DNA of 64,000 bases from an uncultured Gammaproteobacteria bacterium (GTDB taxonomy: Bacteria > Pseudomonadota > Gammaproteobacteria > Steroidobacterales > Woeseiaceae). The notes under the pieces were generated by a model. It was not told the DNA's origin and ran no database searches. It saw nothing but the letters and a program-made list of their open reading frames with translations. This document shows, in pieces, positions 51,693 through 59,512 of the stretch. Location of the stretch: the NCBI GenBank assembly GCA_963760395.1, contig CAVXCX010000020.1, positions 87,345 through 151,344 of the forward strand, in the 5' to 3' direction. The translations under genes were made by a program, and so were the position numbers. How positions within the stretch are numbered: the first letter of the stretch is position 1; each line of letters opens with the position of its first letter.

Positions 51693-52169
51693 GTGTCAGA
51701 AAATAACCCGATTCGGGTATTCGCTACCCACACGTTTGAAGAAAACGATGACTACTTGCGCGTATTCGAGTTTCTCGAAAGCCTGGATCGCTTCTACTAC
51801 ATCAACGTCAGCAAACCTGAGAACATCCCGCTGTCGGGCGGAGTACAGGCGATCAAAGACGAGCTCATTGCGCAAATCAAGCAGTGCGAGGCCGTGTTTG
51901 TACTGCCGGGCCTGTATGACGAAAAGACGGACCTGGTTCGTTTCATGATGGATGTCGCCGACGCCAATGACAAAAAGATGATCGCGATAAAGCCCTTCGG
52001 CGGCGTAGCGGAAACGCCTGAAGAGGTGCTCAAGCGCTGCAAGGAACTGATCGACTGGAACGACCGTGAGATGGCGGATGCGTTGCGGCGCCAGGCTCGG
52101 GGCGAAGACACGTCCCGCTGGGAGGTGCTGGATTTCCCTGGCTTTGACGCTGATGGACCTATTGAATAA
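51693..52169 (+). CDS. Hypothetical cytoplasmic protein; possible TIR-like/flavodoxin-like fold
   Basis: 158-aa ORF with a GTG start. RVFATHTFEENDDY...AVFVLPGLYDEKTDLVRFMMDVA...KKMIAIKP weakly resembles stand-alone TIR-like (DUF1863-type) domains. This is not verified. Confidence 0.3.
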   Translation: MSENNPIRVFATHTFEENDDYLRVFEFLESLDRFYYINVSKPENIPLSGGVQAIKDELIAQIKQCEAVFVLPGLYDEKTDLVRFMMDVADANDKKMIAIKPFGGVAETPEEVLKRCKELIDWNDREMADALRRQARGEDTSRWEVLDFPGFDADGPIE

Positions 52170-52216
52170 GTCTAAAAAACAACTATTTATGACTGATATT
52201 TAATGTTGTTTAGATT

Positions 52217-53164
52217 ATGAGGCCAGTCGTCATTGCCCATCGCGGCGCCTCGGGCTACCTGCCGGAGCACACTTTGCCCGCCAAGGCGCTCGCCTATGCC
52301 ATGGGGGCCGACTATCTTGAGCAGGATGTCGTAGCGACACGGGATGACGCCCTGGTCGTTCTGCACGATATCCACCTCGATCGCGTTACCAATGTCGCTA
52401 CCTGCTATCCGGGCCGACAGCGTGCTGATGGACGCTACTATGTTCGGGACTTTGACCTGGCCGAGATCAAGACGCTCAACGTCTGCGAGCGAGTTGGTCC
52501 CGGTGGCTTACCGGTGTACCCGGGCAGATTCAAGGATACGGACGAGGTGTTTCGAGTCCAGACCTTCGCCGAGGAGCTCGAATTCGTACGTTCCCTGATT
52601 TCGGCAAACGATCGGATGGTCGGAATCTACCCTGAAATCAAGCGACCGCAATGGCACCGCAGCGAGGGATTCGACATCACCCTGGAATTTCTCCGTACCT
52701 TGGCCGACTACGGCTACAACAAGCACTCAGATCCGGTCTACGTGCAATGCTTCGACGCCTCTGAATTGCGCCGCATCCGCCACGAGCTGGGCTGCCGGAT
52801 GAAGCTGGTACAGCTTATCGCCGAGGATGGCTGGGCCGAATCGCCTACGAAATATGCGGCGCTGCGCACGCAGAAGGGACTGCAGCGGCTGGCGAAGACG
52901 GTCGATGGCATTGGGCCGTGGCTCAGACGCGCCTACCGTCTGCGAAAACGTGATGGCAAGTTGACGCCGTCCGGGCTGGTGCAACGCGCGCATCAGGTGG
53001 GTCTGGCCGTGCATCCCTATACTTTTCGGACCGACGAGCTGCCACCCGGTTTCGCATCCTTTGACGATTTACTGGCTTATTTCATCCACGATCTGGCCAT
53101 TGACGGCCTGTTTACCGATTTTCCTGACCAGGCTCTGCAATTCTTGCGAAGGATTTCTGCCTGA
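52217..53164 (+). CDS. glpQ: Glycerophosphodiester phosphodiesterase
   Basis: 315-aa ORF with VIAHRGASGYLPEHT and EQDV. No signal peptide is visible. Confidence 0.85.
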   Translation: MRPVVIAHRGASGYLPEHTLPAKALAYAMGADYLEQDVVATRDDALVVLHDIHLDRVTNVATCYPGRQRADGRYYVRDFDLAEIKTLNVCERVGPGGLPVYPGRFKDTDEVFRVQTFAEELEFVRSLISANDRMVGIYPEIKRPQWHRSEGFDITLEFLRTLADYGYNKHSDPVYVQCFDASELRRIRHELGCRMKLVQLIAEDGWAESPTKYAALRTQKGLQRLAKTVDGIGPWLRRAYRLRKRDGKLTPSGLVQRAHQVGLAVHPYTFRTDELPPGFASFDDLLAYFIHDLAIDGLFTDFPDQALQFLRRISA

Positions 53165-53221
53165 CGGGCCTCTAACGCAATGCAATAGTATGGACCTCAA
53201 CGGAAAGCAGGGAGGCTGGAA

Positions 53222-53698
53222 ATGAAAAAACTGCCAATTTTGGGCGCAATTTTGCTGGCGTGGATGATGCTGATGTCGCCGCTTGCGGAGTCTGCGGCAG
53301 CGCCCGGCGAGACACTGGATCTTGCCAACTACGAGGGCAAAGTCGTGGTTCTCGACTTCTGGGCGTCCTGGTGTGTGCCGTGTCGGCGCTCCTTCCCCTG
53401 GCTGAACGAGATGCACAAGAAATATGCCCAGGACGATCTGGTCATTATCGGCGTCAACGTCGATCAGGACCAGGACGATGCGGCTGCGTTCCTCGACAAA
53501 TACCCCGCCCAGTTCCGAATTAGCTACGACGCAAACGGTGTGCTGGCCAAGGCTTATGGCGTTCGAGGCATGCCGAGTTCGTTTGTCATTGGTCGCGACG
53601 GTCAGCTGGCAGCCCAGCACCTTGGTTTTAAAGTGAAGCGACAGGACGAATACGAAGCGGCAATAGTCGCTGCCCTCCAGCAGGAGATATCTAAATGA
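53222..53698 (+). CDS. TlpA-family periplasmic thiol:disulfide oxidoreductase
   Basis: 158-aa ORF with a signal peptide and the thioredoxin motif FWASWCVPCRRSFP. Confidence 0.88.
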   Translation: MKKLPILGAILLAWMMLMSPLAESAAAPGETLDLANYEGKVVVLDFWASWCVPCRRSFPWLNEMHKKYAQDDLVIIGVNVDQDQDDAAAFLDKYPAQFRISYDANGVLAKAYGVRGMPSSFVIGRDGQLAAQHLGFKVKRQDEYEAAIVAALQQEISK

Positions 53699-53913
53699 AC
53701 AAGACGATTGTCATCGCAGCAACGACGCTGCTCATTGCTACCGGATGCTCTTCGATGGGTGTTGAGCCCTGGGAGCGCGATGTACTGGCAAAGGCTGAGA
53801 TGCAGCTGACCACCGACGAACTCGAGGCTGCGACGGATGACCACATCTATTTCAGTAAAGAGGCGTCCAGCGGCGGGCGTGGATTTGGCGGCGGCGGCTG
53901 CGGCTGTAACTGA
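53695..53913 (+). CDS. DUF4266-type small lipoprotein with C-terminal GGGGCGCN
   Basis: 72-aa ORF with lipobox LIATGCS and VEPWERDVLAKAEM. It has an ATGA overlap with the tlpA-like gene. Confidence 0.7.
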   Translation: MNKTIVIAATTLLIATGCSSMGVEPWERDVLAKAEMQLTTDELEAATDDHIYFSKEASSGGRGFGGGGCGCN

Positions 53914-53923
53914 GGGCATACGA

Positions 53924-55232
53924 ATGAGCAAACAAGACAATCGATCGATTTCAGCGGCGCTCGCCACGGCAACATGCACCTTGTTGGGTTCCGGCGTTGT
54001 GCAACCCGCGGTTGCGCAGGAAGAACCGGACTGGGACTTCAATACCTCTCTGCTGTATTACGGGGAGGACGGCGACCGGGTTAAAGATTTCAGCGTCAGT
54101 GCTATTGCACGACGCATGTTCGTTGATGACCGCTTCCTGACCCTGAGCCTGACGGTTGACGGTCTGACCGGTGCCACGCCGAGTGGCGCGATTCGTCAGG
54201 ACGTGCCGCAGACCTTCACGCGCCCATCCGGCAATGCCGCTTATACCGTTCCAGGCGGTGTATTGCCGCTCGATGACACGTTCAAGGACACGCGAGTGGC
54301 AATCAGCGGCGGCTGGCAACAGCCGATCGGCGAGACCAGCCTGATCAATGTTGGCGCCAGTGCTTCCAAGGAATACGATTACATGCACCTCGGGGTAAAC
54401 GCCAAGTACGCCCGTGACTTCAACCAGCGAAATACCACCCTGTCGGCGGGCATTGCACTGTCAATGGATTCCCTGGATCCGGTCGGCGGCGCACCGACGC
54501 CGCTAACGCCGATGCTTGATGTTGGCGATACCAGCAACAGGTTGGGCGACCAGGACAAGGACGTGCTGGACGTGGTTTTCGGCGTGACACAGGTAATAAT
54601 CGCGAAACCTCGTCGTGCAGGCGAACTACTCGTACAGTATGTCGGACGGCTACCTTACGGATCCGTACAAGGTGTTGAGCCTGGTCGATGGCACCACAGG
54701 CGATACGCTGCTGCGAACGTTGACGCCCGGCGTTGAAGGGCCTTCTCACCAATACCTGTTCGAGAACCGACCGGATGAGCGCACCAAGCACAGCCTCTAC
54801 GGCCAGGCAAAGTACTACATGAACGGCAAGGTACTCGACGCGTCCTATCGCTACATGACGGATGACTGGGATATTGACTCTCACACGGTCGACCTGCGAT
54901 ACCGGATCCCGTTCGGTACGGACAGCTATATTGAGCCACACCTGCGTTTCTACACGCAGACTGAGGCTGAGTTCTATCAGCTGAGTATTTCGGATGCGCA
55001 GCCGCTACCGAGCTTCGCATCGGCGGATTATCGTCTCGGCAATTTCGACGCTATTACGGCAGGCGTGAAGTATGGCTGGCGAACGCGCAACGACAATGAG
55101 ATGAGTCTGCGTGTCGAGGCCTATCGTCAGACGGGCACGGTGCCTGGCAGCCAGATTATCGGCAACCAGGCGTCGCGGGATAATTACCCGGACCTGAACG
55201 CCGTAATCGTGCAGTTCGGTTATCGCTTCTAG
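53924..55232 (+). pseudogene. DUF3570-type protein (putative outer-membrane beta-barrel) read in two frames; frame change near 54596-54602
   Basis: The ATG 53924 product has a signal peptide (..PAVA/QEE). The sequence continues across frames (...FGVTQVI / LVVQANYSYSMSDGYLTDPYK...). The C-terminus ...VQFGYRF is OMP-like. Confidence 0.65.
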
Positions 55233-55302
55233 GGGTCCCAGGCAGGCGGATGATATCCGCCTGGAACTGGCCGAAGATGCCTGGCATGGCCGATTTCAGG
55301 CC

Positions 55303-56130
55303 ATGGGGAGCCCTTGCGAGCTGGTTTGTGAGGCGCCGAAAAGAGCGGATGCTCTCAGGCTTACAGAACGCGTCGCGGCCGAGGCCTGGCGTATCGAGGA
55401 GAAATTCAGCCGCTACCTCGAGGGCAATATCGTCGCCCGGATTAACGCCGCAAGCGGTAAGGCTATCGAAGTTGACGAGGAAACCGCGGATCTGCTGGAT
55501 TTCGCGGTAACACTTTACGACCTCAGCGAGCATCGATTCGATATCACCTCGGGCGTACTGCGACGTGTTTGGCGTTTCGACGGTAGCGACTGCATTCCAG
55601 GCGTCTCTGAGGTCGAGGCGGTGATGCAGCTGGTCGGGTGGCACCGGGTCAGTTGGCAACGACCGTATATGCAGATGCCGGCAGGCATGGAAATAGATCT
55701 CGGTGGAATCGGCAAGGAATACGCGGTTGACCGCTGCGCGGCCCTGATTCGGGAGGAGGGGGGCGATCCCTGCCTGGTCAATTTCGGCGGCGACCTGGTC
55801 GCCACGGAAGCACCTCATCGCCGACGACACTGGAAAGTGGCGATCGAAGGTGACAGTGCTGCGGAAGCTGACCGGATCGTCAACCTCAAGCAAGGCGCAC
55901 TTGCCACCAGCGGCGACGCTCGACGATTCCTGCTCAAGGACGGCAGACGTTACAGTCACATTCTGGACCCGACGACCGGTTGGCCTGTACCTGACGCACC
56001 CAGATCGATTACGATTGTGGCCGATACCTGCGTAGAGGCAGGTACAGTCAGTACCCTGGCAATGCTGAAGGGGGCTGCCGCCGAGGACTTTCTCAAGGCA
56101 CAAACGGCGGCCTTCTGGTGCAGACGTTAA
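55303..56130 (+). CDS. apbE: FAD:protein FMN transferase (ApbE family); true start probably upstream of the first ATG
   Basis: 275-aa ORF with AMGSPCEL, DLGGIGKEYAVD, ATSGDARRF and HILDPTTGWP. The frame stays open and protein-like back to 55207, but without a canonical start codon. Confidence 0.85.
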   Translation: MGSPCELVCEAPKRADALRLTERVAAEAWRIEEKFSRYLEGNIVARINAASGKAIEVDEETADLLDFAVTLYDLSEHRFDITSGVLRRVWRFDGSDCIPGVSEVEAVMQLVGWHRVSWQRPYMQMPAGMEIDLGGIGKEYAVDRCAALIREEGGDPCLVNFGGDLVATEAPHRRRHWKVAIEGDSAAEADRIVNLKQGALATSGDARRFLLKDGRRYSHILDPTTGWPVPDAPRSITIVADTCVEAGTVSTLAMLKGAAAEDFLKAQTAAFWCRR

Positions 56131-56320
56131 TTCGCTGCGTGCCTGGCAGATATTAAAAATAGAGTTAATAAACGCCCGTAAGATATTGGTATATAACGGG
56201 TTTATAGTCGGTTTTTCTGGCGTATTGGCGGCAAACCACTGAACTTGTAAGCTGCCCGCCGGTGTCAGTATTGAGAACCCGGTCCTGTTATGAAAAGTAA
56301 ATCCAAATAATCATAGCCTA

Positions 56321-56845
56321 ATGTTTGTCGAACTCCCCGAGAATCTCGTAATGATAGCGGCAGCGTTCTTGCTGGGCCTGCTGCTGGCGACCGTTGTTTC
56401 CTCTATTACGTCTGGCAATCGGAGCAAGAAACGCGATCCTCGAGACGACCGTATCCGGTCCCTCGAAGCCGAACTTCGCGTATCCCAAAGCGCGGCAACC
56501 AAGGCTCAGGAAGAACTCGAAGGCCTTGATGAAGAGCTTAAGGAAACGACGATCGGCATCGAGCGTCGCGATAATGTGATTAGCGAGCAGCAGTCCAAGC
56601 TTGATCGTGTATCCAGAGATCTGAAAGAGTCGGTCATGAAGACGCGGGAACTGCGCTCTGAACTGACTGAGCGTGCTACTGAAAATGTGCATGCGGAAGC
56701 CAAGATCAGGGAGGTCGAGACGGAACTGTCAGTAGCGCAGGCCTCACAGGACCTTCTCGCCACTGGCGTGCTTGACTACAAGTTTGTGCCCGACGAAGAT
56801 GACCCTGACGGCGAACAAGCCGAAGTGAGTGGGGCCACTACCTGA
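56321..56845 (+). CDS. Membrane-anchored coiled-coil protein of unknown function
   Basis: 174-aa ORF with one N-terminal TM segment, a basic cluster, a long heptad-like acidic/basic region, and a C-terminus ...EVSGATT. Confidence 0.6.
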   Translation: MFVELPENLVMIAAAFLLGLLLATVVSSITSGNRSKKRDPRDDRIRSLEAELRVSQSAATKAQEELEGLDEELKETTIGIERRDNVISEQQSKLDRVSRDLKESVMKTRELRSELTERATENVHAEAKIREVETELSVAQASQDLLATGVLDYKFVPDEDDPDGEQAEVSGATT

Positions 56846-56883
56846 TTTTTTCCAACGCTGTAACAGCTCGCCCGTGCCTGGTA

Positions 56884-57654
56884 TTGGCTGGGCTGGTTCT
56901 GCTTCTGTCGAGCGCCTGCTCAAAACCCTACCTTGGGGTCAAGGTGCCATTCGTCGCGACCTGGAATGGCAGTCCGATCGCCTGCGCCGACGAAGGGATC
57001 GCTCTGAGTGATCTGCGGCTATATGTTTCCTCCCTGCAGCTGCTTGACGCGGCTGGTATTGCCCACGACCTGCAATTGCACACTGACATTCCCTGGCAGC
57101 AGCCGGATCTGGCGCTGATCGACCTCGAGAATGGGCAGGATGCCTGTCGGGACGGCACGCCAGGGTTGTTCGCGTACCTGGTCGGCGGCGTGCCGCCAGG
57201 TGAATACAAGGGGCTAAGATTCACCGTCGGCGTGCCTTTTGAACGTAACCATGCCAACCCCCTGATTGCCGAGGCACCGTTAGACGATCCGGCCATGCAC
57301 TGGCACTGGCGCTCCGGCTACAAATTCCTGCGCGCGGGCGTCAGGACGCAAGACGATGGTTTCTGGATGCATATGGGTAGCGCCGGCTGCCAGGGGACCG
57401 TCAGGGATATCAGCGGCTGCCGCTTTCCGAATCGCGTTACCGTTGAACTCCACGACTTTTCACCTAACAGCGATTCAATCGCTATCGATCTGAAGGCGCT
57501 GTTTGATGGTGTGAACTTCGATGACGGCCTACCCGGTGATTGCTCGTCAGGACCTGCAGAGTCTGCCTGCGTTGCCCCGTTCGCCGCACTGGGAATAGAC
57601 TTTGAGACCGGCACAACAAAAGGGCGACAGAACGTATTTTCGACCTATCGATGA
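56884..57654 (+). CDS. mbnP: MbnP-family copper-binding (lipo)protein
   Basis: 256-aa ORF with LLSSAC lipobox-like N-terminus, HWHWRSGYKFLR and multiple conserved-looking Cys. Its stop overlaps the start of the di-haem partner (ATGA). The TTG start is uncertain because the signal peptide is very short. Confidence 0.65.
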   Translation: MAGLVLLLSSACSKPYLGVKVPFVATWNGSPIACADEGIALSDLRLYVSSLQLLDAAGIAHDLQLHTDIPWQQPDLALIDLENGQDACRDGTPGLFAYLVGGVPPGEYKGLRFTVGVPFERNHANPLIAEAPLDDPAMHWHWRSGYKFLRAGVRTQDDGFWMHMGSAGCQGTVRDISGCRFPNRVTVELHDFSPNSDSIAIDLKALFDGVNFDDGLPGDCSSGPAESACVAPFAALGIDFETGTTKGRQNVFSTYR

Positions 57655-58781
57655 GAAACGTACTCCTGGCTTGCGGTGTCGCCGCCGTCCTCGCAATGGT
57701 GTTCTGGTGGCTGCAACGCGAACCCGCCTACGAATGGCGCCTCCCGGCTGACGTTCCAGCGCCATTGGTTCCTGCGGATAATCCGATGTCAGCGACAAAG
57801 GTGCAGCTTGGCCGATGGTTGTTCTATGACACACGCCTGTCTGGCAATGGCAGCATGTCCTGCGCGAGTTGCCATATCCAGGCCCTGGCGTTTACCGATG
57901 GCAAGGCGCGCTCGATCGGTTCCACTGGCGAGGTTCACCCTCGTGCTTCGATGAGTCTCGTTAATGTCGCGTACGCGAGTCGACTGACATGGGCAAACCC
58001 GCTACTGGATCGCCTGGAAGACCAGGCTTTAACGCCGCTACTCGGTGACAGTCCGATTGAAATGGGTTTCGGAAACCACGCCGATGAATTTGCAGTCTTA
58101 CTGGAGAGTGACCCCAGCTATGCCGCGTTAACCAGGGCGGCCTTTTCAGGCGATGAGAATCCCTATTCGCTGCTCAATGGTGTTCGCGCGATTTCCGCAT
58201 TCGTTCGCAGTATTGTCAGCTTTGACACGCCCTATGATCGTTACATGGCAGGGGACGACGACGCTCTTGGCGAGGCGGCCATGCGCGGCATGGATCTGTT
58301 CTTTTCTGAAAAACTCGAGTGCTTCCATTGTCACGGGGGCTTCAATTTTTCAGACAGCACTACGCACGCAAACACACGTGTTGATCCCGTCGGTTTTCAC
58401 AACACCGGCCTTTACAATGTGGGCGGCGAGGGTGCTTACCCTGAGGACAACACCGGTCTATTCGATATGACAGGCGAGCGTCGCGACATGGGTCGATTCA
58501 AGGCTCCCTCGTTGCGAAATATCGCGGTCACCGCGCCTTACATGCACGACGGCAGCGTCGCTACTCTCGGCGATGCGATCTCACATTACTCAAGAGGCGG
58601 ACGCCTCATAGAACAGGGTGAGTATGCAGGTGACGGACGGCTTAGCCCGTACAAGTCTGAGTTTGTAACTGGCTTCGAGCTCTCGGATGAGCAGAGCAGG
58701 GACCTCGTCGCATTCCTGGAATCCCTGACCGATGCAACGGTCTTGTCGGATGAGCGTTTCTCTAATCCGCACCTTGATTAG
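57651..58781 (+). CDS. mbnH: MbnH-family di-haem cytochrome c peroxidase/MauG-like enzyme
   Basis: 376-aa ORF with two CxxCH sites (CASCH, CFHCH) and the CCP/MauG-like motifs FKAPSLRNIAVTAPYMHDGS. Confidence 0.75.
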   Translation: MRNVLLACGVAAVLAMVFWWLQREPAYEWRLPADVPAPLVPADNPMSATKVQLGRWLFYDTRLSGNGSMSCASCHIQALAFTDGKARSIGSTGEVHPRASMSLVNVAYASRLTWANPLLDRLEDQALTPLLGDSPIEMGFGNHADEFAVLLESDPSYAALTRAAFSGDENPYSLLNGVRAISAFVRSIVSFDTPYDRYMAGDDDALGEAAMRGMDLFFSEKLECFHCHGGFNFSDSTTHANTRVDPVGFHNTGLYNVGGEGAYPEDNTGLFDMTGERRDMGRFKAPSLRNIAVTAPYMHDGSVATLGDAISHYSRGGRLIEQGEYAGDGRLSPYKSEFVTGFELSDEQSRDLVAFLESLTDATVLSDERFSNPHLD

Positions 58782-59451
58782 ACGTTCGCACGGTGACGGA
58801 GAAACCGGTTACACGCCAGGCCAGGTAAAGCACGACAAAGTAAGCCTGCATGAACAGAGCCGCAATCCACTCAATGCGATTCTCCGCCATGTCCGCGTCA
58901 TCGAGTATCGATTTTAGTACCAGATTGAGAATACCGAGGGCGAACGGTAAGCCGCACAACCACAACATTGCTGCCGCAATTCGTCGCAGATGCGGGGTGG
59001 TCTCATTATTCGTGTGCCGGAGCAGGGAGAGGGCCAGGGTAAGCTGCGCCGTCGCGGTGCCAAGGAAATAGAAATAGATACCGAAGCGGCGCATGAACTC
59101 GTAAAACGGACCTGTAGTGCCCAGAAATGTCACGTACAGGATCAATGCCAGAGCGCCAAGGGTGCCGGCAAAAACTATCGCATCCGGCGCCTTGGTCTCA
59201 GGAGCAAGCCTGCGCAGCCATCCTGCGGCGAAGCTCCATAGAAATACCAGTATTGCCACCTGCGGCAGCATGACGGCCTGAAATAGCAGGCTTCCGGGCA
59301 AGTAGCGACCGGTGGCACTGACAGACACACAGCCTTCCAGGAACGGCACGCAACTGGGCAGTATGCCGCTCTCGATACCCAGCCAGTACGCAAGCGGAAC
59401 GCCGAGTACAGGGGCGATTCCGGCGATCAGTGGCAGGTACCTAACTAGCAT
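58762..59451 (-). CDS. Polytopic membrane protein of unknown function
   Basis: 229-aa ORF with about six hydrophobic segments. Its 3' end converges on and overlaps mbnH by 20 nt. Confidence 0.55.
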   Translation of the reverse strand: MLVRYLPLIAGIAPVLGVPLAYWLGIESGILPSCVPFLEGCVSVSATGRYLPGSLLFQAVMLPQVAILVFLWSFAAGWLRRLAPETKAPDAIVFAGTLGALALILYVTFLGTTGPFYEFMRRFGIYFYFLGTATAQLTLALSLLRHTNNETTPHLRRIAAAMLWLCGLPFALGILNLVLKSILDDADMAENRIEWIAALFMQAYFVVLYLAWRVTGFSVTVRTSNQGAD

Positions 59452-59512
59452 GCTGCCAGCATAACCGACGCGTATCTGCTATACATAAAGAAAAAAAGAG
59501 AAGGGGGTTGTT

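Noticed and set aside
53860-53913. Gly-Gly-rich C-terminus of the DUF4266 protein as a GlyGly-CTERM substrate of the rhombosortase at 38 kb
   Set aside because: A GlyGly-CTERM signal requires a hydrophobic transmembrane helix and a basic tail after the Gly-Gly. Here the protein simply ends in GCGCN.
55156-56103. 315-aa minus-strand ORF
   Set aside because: It is antisense to apbE and has no motifs. This is a shadow ORF. The same reasoning applies to many other 60-270-aa antisense or out-of-frame ORFs in the track, for example 8620..9420, 24473..25228, 11152..11805 and 39772..40482.
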